From: Eledone cirrhosa
Taxonomy: Eukaryota
Direction: 5' to 3'
Length of the DNA: 64,000 nucleotides
Assembly (NCBI GenBank): GCA_964016885.1
Contig: OZ024746.1
Coordinates: 48,360,001 to 48,424,000, forward strand
Part shown: in pieces, positions 26,101 through 40,497 of the stretch
Position numbering within the stretch: the stretch's first letter is position 1
Layout of the letters: every line of letters starts with the position of its first letter
The notes under the pieces: generated by a model
Databases searched by the model: none
Told to the model about the DNA's origin: nothing
What the model saw: the letters and a program-made list of their open reading frames with translations, nothing else
Program-made: the position numbers and the translations under genes

Positions 26101-29100
26101 AGAGGGTAAAGATACAGAGAAAGAAGAAGCAGTAAGAACGAAATAGAAGTGTCACAGAGGGGAAAAATATGAATAAATATGAGAATAAACGTGCTGCGTG
26201 GTTGCACATGGGTTACATATGAATAAAGTGGTCCTCATCAGTGATCTTGCAACCACCACAGGTATTTCTTCGCTTTAAAGACCATATACCACCGGTTGGT
26301 GCGAGAAACGGCTAAAAAAGTCGTTGGGACACGTAAAGAAAGGGGACAGCGAGAGTGTATACAAACAAAGATGGTGAAGCAACGAAAAGTGAGGAAGAAC
26401 GAGTCAAGTTCCAAATTTCCATGAATATAAGTTCGGTGAAAACGTGAATGAGAGAGAATAAAAACCATCAAAACTGGTTGAAATGTAAGGAAGGAATTCT
26501 GTACAGGTCTAACGGAAGGAAGAAGGAATCTAGTCTGTGAATTCGGTGAACATAAGTACTGTGAAATTGTAGACGAGAGAGAGAAAAAAGGCAAACCAGC
26601 CTGACCAAGCGTGCGAAATGAAAGAATTACGCACATGTCAAACGGGAAGAAGTAGGAGGAGGATAGGTTGTAACAGAGAGTGAGTGAGTGAAGGGCGAGG
26701 AAGCGGCTAACAAAGAGAGTGACTGTTAGAGAGGGTAAAGATACAGAGAAAGAAGAAGCAGTAAGAACGAAATAGACGGGTCATTGCGGGGGAAAAATAT
26801 GTGTAAATATGAGAATAAAGGTGATGCATGGTTGCAAAGGGTTACTTATGAATAAAATGGTCCTTATCAGTGATCTTCCAACCATCACAGGTATTTTTTC
26901 GCTTTAGAGACCATATACCTCCGGTTGGTGCGTGCAACGGCTAAAAAAAAATCGTTGGGACATGTAAATAAAGGGGACAACGAGAGTGTAAACACAACAA
27001 AGATGGAGAAGCAACGAAAAGTGAGGAAGAACGAGCCAAATCCCAAATTTCCATGAATATATGTTCGGTGAAATCCTGAAATAGAGAGAATAAAGACCAT
27101 CAAACCTGGTTGAAATGTGAGCAAGGAAGGAATTCCGTACAGGTCTAACGGGAGGAAGAAGGGATATAGTCTGTGAATTCGGTGAACATAAGTTCTGTGA
27201 AATCATAGACGAGAGAGAGAAAAAAGTCGAACCAGCCTGACCAAGTGTGCGAAAGAAAAGAATTACGCACAGGTCAAACGGGAAGAAGGAGGATGAGGAG
27301 AGGTAGTTACAGAGAGTGATTGAGTGAAGGGTGAGGAAGGGGCTAACAAAGAGAGTGACTGTTAGAGAGGGTAAAGATACAGAGAAAGAAGAAGCAGTAA
27401 GAACGAAATAGAAGTGTCACAGAGGGGAAAAATATGAATAAATATGAGAATAAACGTGCTGCGTGGTTGCATATGTGTTACATATGAATAAAGTGGTCCT
27501 CATCAGTGATCTTGCAACCACCACAGGTATTTCTTCGGTTTAAAGACCATATACCACCGGTTGGTGCGAGAAACGGCTAAAAAAAGTCGTTGGGACACGT
27601 AAATAAAGGGGACAGCGAGAGTGTATACAAACAAAGATGGTGAAGCAACGAAAAGTGAGGAAGAACGAGTCAAGTTCCAAATTTCCATGAATATAAGTTC
27701 GGTGAAAACGTGAATGAGAGAGAATAAAAAACCATCAAAACTGGTTGAAATGTAAGGAAGGAATTCTGTACAGGTCTAACGGAAGGAAGAAGGAATCTAG
27801 TCTGTGAATTCGGTGAACATAAGTACTGTGAAATGGTAGACGAGAGAGAGAAAAAAGGCAAACCAGCCTGACCAAGCGTGCGAAATGAAAGAATTACGCA
27901 CATGTCAAACGGGAAGAAGGAGGAGGAGGAGAGGTAGTAACAGAGAGTGAGTGAATGAAGGGTGAGGAAGAGGCTAACAGAGAGAGAGTGACTGTTAGAG
28001 AGGGTAAAGATACAAAGAAAGAGGAAACAGTAAGAATGAAATAGACGGGTCACAGCGGGGGTAAAAATATTTGTAAATATAAGCATAAAGGTGCAGCGTG
28101 GTTGCAAATGGGTTACATATGAATAAAGTGGTCGTCATCAGTCATCTTCCAGCCACCAAAGGTATTTCTTCGCTTTAAAGACCATATACCTCCGGTTGGT
28201 GCGAGCAACGGCTAAATAAAGTTGTTGGGACACGTAAATAAAGGGGACAGCGAGAGTGTAAACAAACAAAGATGGTGAAGCAATGAAAAGTGAGGTAGAA
28301 CGAGTCAAGTCCCAAATTTCCATGAATATAAGTTCGGTGAAATCGTGAACGAAAGAGAATAAAGACCATCAAACCCTGCTGGAATGTGAGCAAGGAAGGA
28401 ATTCCGTACAGGTGTAACGGGAGGAAGAAGGAATCTAGTCTGTGAATTCGTTGAACATAAGTACTGTGAACTGGTAGACGAGAGAGAGAAAAAAGGCGAA
28501 CCAGCCTGACCAAGCGTGCGAAAGAAAAGAATTACGCACAGGTCAAACGGAAAGAAGGAGGAGGAGGAGAGGAAGTAACAGAGAGTGAGTGAGTGAAGGG
28601 TGAGGAAGAGGCTAACAGAGAGAGTGACTGTTAGAGAGGGTAAAGATACAGAGAAAGAGGAAGCAGTAAGAACGAAATAGACGGGTCATAGCGGGGGAAA
28701 AAATATGTGTAAATATGAGAATAAAGGTGATGCATGGTTGCAATGTGTTACATATGAATAAAATGGTCCTCATCAGTGATATTCCAACCATCACAGGTAT
28801 TTCTTCGCTTTAGAGACCATATACCTCCGGTTGGTGCGTGCAACGGCTAAAAAAAATTCGTTGGGACACGTAAATAAAGGGGACAGCGAGAGTGTAAACA
28901 AACAAAGATGGTGAAGCAATGAAAAGTCAGGTAGAACGAGTCAAGTCCCAAATTTCCATGAATATATGTTCGGTGAAATCGTGAAACAGAGAGAATAAAG
29001 ACCATCAAATCTGGTTGAAATGTGAGCAAGGAAGGAACTCCGTACAGGTCTATCGGGAGGAAGAAGGAATCTAGTCTGTGAATTCGGTGAACATAATTAC

Positions 29101-32100
29101 TGAGAAATCGTAGACGAGAGAGTGAAAAAAGGCGAACCAGCCTGACCAAGCGTGCAAAAGAAAAGAATTACGCACAGGTCAAACGGGAAAAAGTAGGATG
29201 AGGAGAGGTAGTAGCAGAGAGTGAGTGAGTGAAGGGTGAGGAAGCGGCTAACAGAGAAATTGACTGTTAGAGAGGGTAAAGTTACAGAGAAAGAGGAAAC
29301 AGTACGTACGAAATAGACGGGTCACAGCGGGGTAAAGAATATGTGTAAATATGAGAATAAGGGTGCTGCATGGTTGCAAATGGGTTACATATGAATAAAG
29401 TGGTCCTCATCAGTGATCTTCCAACCACCAAGGGTATTTCTTCGCTTTAAAGACCATATACCTCCGGTTGGTGCGAGCAACGGCTAAAAAAAGTCTTGGG
29501 ACACGTAAATAAAGGGGACAGCGAGAGTGTAAACAAACAAAGATGGTGAAGCAACGAAAAGTGAGGAAGAACGTGTCAAGTCCCAAATTTCCATGAATAT
29601 ATGTTCGGTGAAATCGTGAACGAGAGAGAAGAAAGACCATCAAACCTGGTTGGAATGTGAGCAAGGAAGGAATTCCGTACAGGTCTAACGGGAGGAAGAT
29701 GGAATCCAGTCTGTGAATTCGGTGAACATAAGTTCTGTGAAATCGTAGACGAGAGAGAGAAAAAAGGCGAACGAGCCTGACCAAGCGTTCGAAAGAAAAG
29801 AATTACGCACAGGTCAAACGGGAAAAAGTAGGATGAGGAGAGGTAGTAACAGAGAGTGAGTGAGTGAAGGGTGAGGAAGCGGCTAACAGAGAAATTGACT
29901 GTTAGAGAGGGTAAAGTTACAGAGAAAGAGGAAACAGTAAGTACGAAATAGACGGGTCACAGCGGGGGAAAAAATATGTGTAAATATGAGAATAAAGGTG
30001 ATGCATTGTTGCAAATGGGTTACATATGAATAAAGTGGTCCTCATCAGTGATCTTCCAACCACCAAGGGTATTTCTTCGCTTTAAAGACCACATACCTCC
30101 GGTTGGTAGAGAGCAACGGCTAAAAAAATTCGTTGGGACACGTAACTAAAGGGGACAGCGAGAATGAAAACAAACAATAATGGTGAAGCAACGAAAAGTG
30201 AGAAAGAACGAGTCAAGTCCCAAATTTCCATGAATATATGTTCGGTGAAATCGTGAGACAGAGAGAATAAAGTCCATCAAACCTCATTGAAATGTGAGCA
30301 AGGAAGGAAATCCGTGCAGGTCTAATGGGAGGAAGAAGGAATCTAGTCTGTGAATTCGGTGCGCATAAGTTCTGTGAAATTGTAGACGAGAGAGAGAAAA
30401 AAGACGAACCAGCCTGACCAAGCGTGCGAAAGAAAAGAATTACGCACAGGTCAAACGGGAAGAAGGAGGCGGAGGAGAGGAAGTAACAGAGAGTGAGTGA
30501 GTGAAGGGTGAGGAAGAGGCTAACAGAGAGAGTGACTGTTAGAGAGGGTAAAGATACAGAGAAAGAGGAAGCAGTAAGAACGAAATAGACGGGTCATAGC
30601 GGGGTAAAAAATATGTGTAAATATGAGAATAAAGGTGATGCATGGTTGCAATGTGTTACATATGAATAAAATGGTCCTCATCAGAGATCTTCCAACCATC
30701 ACAGGTATTTCTTCGCTTTAGAGACCATATACCTCCGGTTGGTGCGTGCAACGGCTAAAAAAAATTCGTTGGGACACGTAAATAAAGGGGACAGCGAGAG
30801 TGTAAACAAACAAAGATGGTGAAGCAATGAAAAGTGAGGTAGAACGAGTCAAGTCCCAAATTTCCATGAATATATGTTCGGTGAAATCGTGAAACAGAGA
30901 GAATAAAGACCATCAAATCTGGTTGAAATGTGAGCAAGGAAGGAACTCCGTACAGGTCTATCGGGAGGAAGAAGGAATCTAGTCTGTGAATTCGGTGAAC
31001 ATAATTACTGTGAAATCGTAGACGAGAGAGTGAAAAAAGGCGAACCAGCCTGACCAAGCGTGCAAAAGAAAAGAATTACGCACAGGTCAAACGGGAAAAA
31101 GTAGGATGAGGAGAGGTAGTAGCAGAGAGTGAGTGAGTGAAGGGTGAGGAAGCGGCTAACAGAGAAATTGACTGTTAGAGAGGGTAAAGTTACAGAGAAA
31201 GAGGAAACAGTACGTACGAAATAGACGGGTCACAGCGGGGTAAAGAATATGTGTAAATATGAGAATAAGGGTGCTGCATGGTTGCAAATGGGTTACATAT
31301 GAATAAAGTGGTCCTCATCAGTGATCTTCCAACCACCAAGGGTATTTCTTCGCTTTAAAGACCATATACTCCGGTTGGTGCGAGCAACGGCTAAAAAAAG
31401 TCGTTGGGACACGTAAATAAAGGGGACAGCGAGAGTGTAAACAAACAAAGATGGTGAAGCAACTAAAAGTGAGGAAGAACGAGTTAAGTCCAAAATTTCC
31501 ATGAATATATGTTCGGTGAAATCGTGAAACAGAGAGAATAAAGACCATCAAATCTGGTTGAAATGTGAGCAAGGAAGGAACTCCGTACAGGTCTATCGGG
31601 AGGAAGAAGGAATCTAGTCTGTGAATTCGGTGAACATAATTACTGTGAAATCGTAGACGAGAGAGTGAAAAAAGGCGAACCAGCCTGACCAAGCGTGCAA
31701 AAGAAAAGAATTACGCACAGGTCAAACGGGAAAAAGTAGGATGAGGAGAGGTAGTAACAGAGAGTGAGTGAGTGAAGGGTGAGGAAGCGGCTAACAGAGA
31801 AATTGACTGTTAGAGAGGGTAAAGTTACAGAGAAAGAGGAAACAGTAAGTACGAAATAGACGGGTCACAGCGGGGGAAAAAATATATGTAAATATGAGAA
31901 TAAAGGTGATGCATGGTTGCAAATGGGTTACATATGAATAAAGTGGTCCTCATCAGTGATCTTCCAACCACCAAGGGTATTTCTTCGCTTTAAAGACCAT
32001 ATACCTCCGGTTGGTAGAGAGCAATGGCTAAAAAAAGTCGTTGGGACACGTAAATAAAGGGGACAGCGAGAGTGTAAACAAACAAAGATGGTGAAGCAAC

Positions 32101-35100
32101 GAAAACTGAGGAAGAACGAGTCAAGTCCCAAATTTCCATGAATATATGTTCGGTGAAATCGTGAACGAGAGAGAAGAAAGACCATCAAACCTGGCTGGAA
32201 TGTGAGCAAGGAAGGAATTCCGTACAGGTCTAACGGGAGGAAGATGGAATCCAGTCTGTGAATTCGGTGAACATAAGTTCTGTGAAATCGTAGACGAGAG
32301 AGAGAAAAAAGGCGAACCAGACTGACCAAGCGTTCGAAAGAAAAGAATTACGCACAGGTCAAACGGGAAGAAGGAGGAGAAGGAGAGGTAGTAACAGAGA
32401 GTGAGTGAGTGAAGGGTGAGGAAGAGGCTAACAGAGAGATTGACTGTTAGAGAGGGTAAAGATACAGAGAAAGAGGAAACAGTAAGAACGAAATAGACGG
32501 GTCACAGACGGGAAAAATATCTGTAAATATGAGAATAAAGGTGCTGCGTGGTTGCAAATGGGTTACATATGAATAAAGTGGTCCTCATCAGTGATCTTCC
32601 AACCATCACAGGTATTTCTTCGCTTGAAAGACCATATACCTCCGGTTGGTGCGAGCAACGGCTAAAAAAAGTCGTTGGGACACGTAAATAAAGGGGACAG
32701 CCAGAGTGTAAACAAACCAAAATGGTGAAGCAACGAAAAGTGAGGAAGAACGAGTCAAGTCCCAAATATCCATGAATAAAAGTTCGGTGAAATCGTGAAC
32801 GAGAGAGAATAAAGACCATCAAACTTGGTTGGAATGTGAGCAAGGAAGGAATTCCGTATAGGTCTAACGGGAGGAAGAAGGAATCTAGTCTGTGAATTGG
32901 GTGAACATAAGTTCTGTGAAATCGTAGACGAGAGAGAGAAAAAAAAGGCGAACCAGCCGGACCAAGCGTGCGAAAGAAAAGAATTACGCACAGGTCAAAC
33001 GGGAAGAAGGAGGATGAGGAGAGGTAGTAACAGAGAGTGAGTGAGTGAAGGGTGAGGAAGAGGCTAACAGAGAGATCGACTGTTAGAGAGGGTAAAGATA
33101 CAGAGAAAGAGGAAGCAGTAAGAACGAAATAGACGGGTCACAGCGGGTGAAAATATAAGTGTAAATATGAGAATAAACGTGCTGCGTGCTTGCAAATGGG
33201 TTACATATGAATAAAGTGGTCCTCATCAGTGATCTTCCAACCATCACAGGTATTTCTTCGCTTTAAAGACCATATACCTCCGGTTGGTGCGAGCAACGGC
33301 TAAAAAAGGTCGTTGGGACACGTAAATAAAGGGGACAGCCAGAGTGTAAACAAACCAAAATGGTGAAGCAACGAAAAGTGAGGAGAACGAATCAAGTCCC
33401 AAATTTCCATGAATATAAGTTCGGTGAAATCGTGAACGAGAGAGAATAAAGACCATCAAACCTGGTTGGAATATGATCAAGAAATGAATTCCGTACAGGT
33501 CTAACGGGAGGAAGAAGGAATCTAGTCTGTGAATTCAGTGAACATAAGTACTGTGAAATGGTAGACGAGAGAGAAAAAAAAGGCGAACCAGCCTGACCAA
33601 GCGTGCGAAAGAAAAGAATTACGCACAGGTCAAACGGGAAGAAGGAGGATGAGGAGAGGTAGTAACAGAGAGTGAGTGACTGATGGGTGAGGAAGAGGCT
33701 AACAGAGAGATTGACTGTTAGAGAGGGTAAAGATACAGAGAAAGAGGAAACAGTAAGTACGAAATAGACAGGTCACAGCGGTGGAAAAGATATGTGTTAA
33801 TATGAGAATAAACGTGCTGCGTGGTTGCAAATAGGTTACATATGAATAGAGTGGTCCTCATCAGTGATCTTCCAACCCCCAAAGGTATTTATTCGCTTTA
33901 AAGACCATATACCTCCGGTTGGTGCGAGCAACGGCTAAAAAAATTCGTTGGGACACGTAAATAAAGGGGACAGCGAGAGTGTAAAGAAACAACGATGGTG
34001 ACGCAATGAAAAGTGAGGAGAACGAGTCAAGTCCCAAATTACCTTGAATATAAGTTCGGTGAAATCGTGAACGAGAGAGAATAAAGACCATCAAACCTGG
34101 TTGGAATGTGAGCAAGGAAGGAATTCCGTATAGGTCTAACGGGAGGAAGAAGGAATCTAGTCTGTGAATTCGGTGCACATAAGTACTGTGAAATCGTAAA
34201 CGAGAGAGAGAAAAAATGCGAACCAGACTGACCAAGCGTGCGAAAGAAAAGAATTACGCACAGGTCAAACGAGAAGAAGGAGGAGGAGGAGATGTAGTAA
34301 CAGAGAGTGAGTGAATGAAGGGTGAGGAAGAGGCTAACAAAGAGAGTGACTGTTAGAGAGGGTAAAGATACAGAGAAAGAGGAAGCAGTAAGAACGAAAT
34401 AGACGGGTCATTGCGGGAGAAAAATATGTGTAAATATGAGAATAAAGGTGATGCATGGTTGCAATGGGTTACATATGAATAAAATGGTCCTCATCAGTGA
34501 TCTTCCAACCACCACAGGTATTTTTTCGCTTTATAGACCATATACCTCCGGTTGGTGCGAGCAACGGCTAAATAAAATCGTTGGGACATGTAAATAAAGG
34601 GGACAGCGAGAGTGTAAACACAACAAAGATGGAGAAGCAACGAAATGTGAGGAAGAACGAGCCAAGTCCCAAATTTCCATGAATATATGTTCGGTGAAAT
34701 CCTGAAACAGAGAGAATAAAGACCATCAAACCTGGTTGAAATGTGAGCAAGGAAGGAATTCCGTACAGGTCTAACGGGAGGAAGAAGGAATCTAGTCTGT
34801 GAATTCGGGGAACATACGTTCTGTGAAATAGTAGACGAGAGAGAGAAAAAAGGCGAACCAGCCTGACCAAGCGTGCGAAAGAAAAGAATTACGCACAGGT
34901 CAAACGGGAGGAAGGAGGAGAAGGAGAGGTAGTAACAGAGAGTGAGAGAGTGAAGGGTGAGGAAGAGGCTAACAGAGAGAGTGACTGTTAGAGAGGGTAA
35001 AGATACAGAGAAAGAGGAAGAAGTAAGAACGAAATAGACGGGTCACAGAGGGGAAAAAATATGTGTAAATATGAGAATAAAGGTGCTGCGTGGTTGCATA

Positions 35101-38100
35101 TGGGTTACATATGAATAAAGTGGTCCTCATCAGTGATCTTCCAACCATCACAGGTATTTCTTCGCTTTAAAGTCCATATACCTCCGGTTGGTAGCGAGCA
35201 ACGGCTAAAAAAAGTCGTTGGTACACGTAAATAAAGGGGACAGCAAGAATGTAAACAAACAAAAATGGTGAAGCAACGAAAAGTGAGAGAGAACGAGTCA
35301 AGTCCCAAATTTCCATGAATATAAGCTCGGTGAAATCATGAACGAGAGAGAATAAAGACCATCAAACCTGGTTGGAATGTGAGCAAGGAAGGAATTCCGT
35401 ACAGGTCTAACGGGAGGAAGAAGGAATCTAGTCTGTGAATTGGGTGAACATAAGCACTGTGAAATCGTAGACGAGAGAGAGAAAAAAGTCGAACCAGCCT
35501 GACCAAGTGTGCGAAAGAAAAGAATTACGCACAGGTCAAACGGGAAGAAGGAGGATGAGGAGAGGTAGTAACAGAGAGTGAGTGAGTGAAGGGTGAGGAA
35601 GGGGCTAACAAAGAGAGTGACTGTTAGAGAGGGTAAAGATACAGAGAAAGAAGAAGCAGTAAGAACGAAATAGAAGTGTCACAGAGGGAAAAAATATGAA
35701 TAAATATGAGAATAAACGTGCTGCGTGGTTGCACATGGGTTACATATGAATAAAGTGGTCCTCATCAGTGATCTTGCAACCACCACAGGTATTTCTTCGC
35801 TTTAAAGACCATATACCACCGGTTGGTGCGAGAAACGGCTAAAAAAAGTCGTTGGGACACGTAAATAAAGGGGACAGCGAGAGTGTATACAAACAAAGAT
35901 GGTGAAGCAACGAAAAGTGAGGAAGAACGAGTCAAGTTCCAATTTCCATGAATATAAGTTCGGTGAAAACGTGAATGAGAGAGAATAAAAACCATCAAAA
36001 CTGGTTGAAATGTAAGGAAGGAATTCTGTACAGGTCTAACGGGAGGAAGAAGGAATCTAGTCTGTGAATTCGGTGAACATAAGTACTGTGAAATGGTAGA
36101 CGAGAGAGAGAAAAAAGGCAAACCAGCCTGACCAAGCGTCCGAAATGAAAGAATTACGCACATGTCAAACGGGAAGAAGTAGGAGGAGGATAGGTTGTAA
36201 CAGAGAGTGAGTGAGTGAAGGGCGAGGAAGAGGCTAACAAAGAGAGTGACTGTTAGAGAGGGTAAAGATACAGAGAAAGAAGAAGCAGTAAGAACGAAAT
36301 AGACGGGTCACAGAGAGGAAAAATATGTGTAAATATGAGAATAAAGGTGCTGCGTGGTTGCAAATGGGTTACATATGAATAAAGTGGTTCTCATCAGTGA
36401 TCTTCCAACCATCAGAGGTATTTCTTCGCTTGAAAGACCATATACCTCCGGTTGGTGCGAGCAACTGCTAAAAAAAGTCGTTGGGACACGTAAATAAAGG
36501 GGACAGCCAGAGTGTAAACAAACAAAGATGGTGAAGCAACGAAAAGTGAGGAAGAACGAGTCAAGTCCCAAATTTCCATTAATATAAGTTCGGTGACATC
36601 GTGAATGAGAGAGAATAAAGACCATCAAACCTGGTTGGAATGTGAGTAAGGAAGGAATTCCGTACAGGTCTAACGGGAGGAAGAAGGAATCTAGTCTGTG
36701 AATTCGGTGAACATACGTTCTGTGAAATCGTAGACGAGAGAGAGAGAAAAAAGGCGAACCAGCCTGACCATGCGTGCGAAAGGAAAGAGATACGCACATG
36801 TCAAACGGGAAGAAGGAGGAGGAGGAGAGGTAGTAACAGAGAGTGAGTGAATGAAGGGTGAGGAATAGGCTAACAGAGATAGAGTGACTGTTAGAGTTAG
36901 AGAGGGTAAAGATACAGAGAAAGAGGAAGCAGTAAGAACGAAATAGACGGGTCATAGCGGGGGAAAAAATATGTGTAAATATGAGAATAAAGGTGATGCA
37001 TGGTTGCAAATGGGTTACATATGAATAAAATGGTCCTCATCAGTGATCTTCCAACCATCACAGGTATTTCTTCGCTTTAGAGACCATCTACCTCCGGTTG
37101 GTGCGTTCAACGGCTAAAAAAAATTCGTTGTGACATGTAAATAAAGGGGACAGCGAGAGTGTAAACACAACAAAGCTGGTGAAGCAACTAAAAGTGAGGA
37201 AGAACGAGTCAAGTCTCAAATTTCCATGTATATATGTTCGGTGAAATCGTGAAACAGAGAAAATAAAGACCATCAAACCTGGTTGGAATGTGAGCAAGGA
37301 AGGAATTCCGTACAGGTCTAACGGGAGGAAGAAGGAATCTAGTCTGTGAATTCGGTGAACATACGTTCTGTGAAATAGTAGACGAGAGAGAGATAAAAGG
37401 CGAACCAGCCTGACCAAGCGTGCGAAAGAAAAGAATTACGCACAGGTCAAACGGGAAGAAGGAGGAGGAGGAGAGGTAGTAACAGAGATTGAGTGAGTGA
37501 AGGGTGAGGAAGAGGCTAACAGAGAGAGTGGCTGTTAGAGAGGGTAAAGATAAAGAGAAAGAGGAAGAAGTAAGAACGAAATAGACGGGTCACAGAGGGG
37601 AAAAAATATGTGTAAATATGAGAATAAAGGTGCTGCGTGGTTGCAAATGGGTTACATATGAATAATGTAGTCCTCATCAGTAATCTTCCAACCATCACAC
37701 GTATTTCTTCGCTTTAAAGACCATATACCTCCGGCTGGTGCGAGCAACGGCTAAAAAAAGTCGTTGGGACACGTAAATAAAGGGGACAGCGAGAGTGTAA
37801 ACAAACAAAGATGGTGAAGCAACGAAAAGTGAGGAAGAACGTGTCAAATCCAAAATTTCCATGAATATATGTTCGGTGAAATCGTGAAATAGAGAGAATA
37901 AAGACCACCAAACCTGGTTGAAATGTGAGCAAGGAAGGAATTCCGTACAGGTCTAACGGGAGGAAGTAGGAATATCGTCTGTGAATTCGGTGAACATAAG
38001 TTCTGTGAAATCGTAGACGACAGAGAGAAAAAAGGCTAACCAGCCTGACCAAGCGTACGAAAGAAAAGAATTACGCACAGGTAAAACGGGAAGAAGGAGG

Positions 38101-39930
38101 AGGAGGAGAGGTAGTAACAGAGAGTGAGTGAATGAAGGGTGAGTAAGAGGCTAACAGAGAGAGTGACTGTTAGAGAGGGTAAAGATACAGAGGAAGAGGA
38201 AGCAGTAAGAACGAAATAGACGGGTCTCAGCTGGGGAAAAAATATGTGTAAATATGAGAATAAACGTGCTGCGTGGTTACAAATGGGTTACATATGAATA
38301 ATGTGGTCCTCATCAGTGATCTTCCAACCATGAAAGGTATTTCTTCGCTTTAAAGACCATATACCTCCGGTTGGTGCGAGCAACGGCTAAAAAAATCGTT
38401 GGGACACGTAAATAAAGGGGACAGCGAGAGTGTAAACAAACAAAGATGGTGAAGCAACGGAAAGTGAGGAAGAACGAGTCAAGTCCCAAATTTCCATGAA
38501 TATATGTTCGGTGAAATCGTGAACGAGTGAGAATAAAGACCATCAAACCTGGTTGGAATGTGAGCAAGGAAGGAATTCCGTACAGGACTAACGGGAGGAA
38601 AAAGGAATCTACTCTGTGAATTCGGTGAACATAAGTTCTGTGAAATCGTAGACGAGAGAGAAAAAAAACGCGAACCAGCCTGACCAAGCGTGCGAAAGAA
38701 AAGAATTACGCACAGGTCAAACGCGAAGAAGGAGCAGGAGGAGAAGTAGTAACAGAGAGTGAGTGAGTGAAGGGTGAGGAAGTGGCTAACAGAGAGAGTG
38801 ACTGTTAGAGAGGGTAAAGATACAGAGAAAGAGGAAGCAGTAAGAACGAAATAGACGGGTCACAGCTGGGGAAAAATATGTGTAAATATGAGAATAAACG
38901 TGCGGCGTGGTTACAAATGGGTTACATATGAATAATGTGGTCCTCATCAGTGATATTCCAACCATCACAGGTATTTCTTTGCTTTAAAGACCATATACCT
39001 CCGGTTGGTCGGAGCAACGGCTAAAAAAAGTCGTTGGGACACGTAAATATAGGGGACAGCGAGTGTGTAAACAAACAAAGATGGTGAAGCAACGAAAAGT
39101 GAGGAAGAACGTGTCAAATCCAAAATTTCCATGAATATATGTTCGGTGAAATCGTGAAATAGAGAGAATAAAGACCATCAAACCTGGTTGAAATGTGAGC
39201 AAGGAAGGAATTCCGTACAGGACTAACGGGAGGAAGAAGGAATCTCGTCTGTGAATTCGGTGAACATAAGTTCTGTGAAATCGTAGACGAGAGAGAGAAA
39301 AAAAGGCGAACCAGCCGGACCAAGCGTGCGAAAGAAAAGAATTACGCACAGGTCAAACGGGAAGAAGGAGGATGAGGAGAGGTAGTAACAGAGAGTGAGT
39401 GAGTGAAGGGTGAGGAAGAGGCTAACAGAGAGATTGACTGTTAGAGAGGGTAAAGATACAGAGAAAGAGGAAGCAGTAAGAACGAAATAGACGGGTCACA
39501 GCGGGGGAAAAAATATGTGTAAATATGAGAATAAACGTGCTGCGTGGTTGCAAATGGGTTACATATGAATAAAGTGGTCCTCATCAGTAATCTTCCAACC
39601 ATCACAGGTATTTCTCCGCTTTAAAGACCATATACCACTGGTTGGTGCAAGCAACGGCTAAAAAAAGTCGTTGGGACATTTACATAAAGGGGACAGCGAG
39701 AGTGTAAACAAACAAAGATGGTGAAGCAACGAAAAGTGAGGAAGAACGAGTCAAGTCCCAAATTTCCATGCATATAAGTTCGGTGAAATCGTGAACGAGA
39801 GAGAATAAAGACCATCAAACCTGGTTGGAATGTGAGCAAGGAAGGAATTCCGCACAGGTCTAACGGGAGGAAGTCTGTGAATTCGGTGAACATAAGTTCT
39901 GAGAAATCGTAAACGAGAGAGAGAAAAAAG
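23144..39930 (+). repeat. ~635-bp satellite, about 26.5 tandem units, purine-rich on the + strand
   Basis: The landmark ggtcctcatcagtgatc and close variants recur 26 times from about 23700 to 39580 at ~635-bp spacing. Both ends abut (TA)n-type tracts. Confidence 0.97.
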
Positions 39931-39958
39931 ATACATACATATATATATATGTATATAA

Positions 39959-39990
<32 letters not shown>

Positions 39991-40253
39991 CCATGTAGGA
40001 GAACTCCCACCGATGCGCTGAACGAGCGTGACTTTTTAGTCCAGCCTGCGACTTGAAAACTCTGGTACAAACACTACACTTGTGACAATTAATGACACAT
40101 AGTACTGGGCCCATGGTACCATGTGATGACAATATATATATATATATATACATATATACATAAATATATATATACATACATATATATACATATACATACA
40201 TATATATACATATACATACATACATACTTACATATATATACATATATACACGC

Positions 40254-40376
<123 letters not shown>

Positions 40377-40428
40377 CATGTATGTTTGTATATATACATA
40401 TTTATGTATGCATATGTCTATATGTAGG

Positions 40429-40497
<69 letters not shown>

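Noticed and set aside
23546-40070. Repeated 60-230 aa minus-strand ORFs in the 635-bp satellite
   Set aside because: Frames shift from unit to unit, many begin at non-ATG codons, and the F/L/S-rich composition simply reflects the pyrimidine-rich strand.
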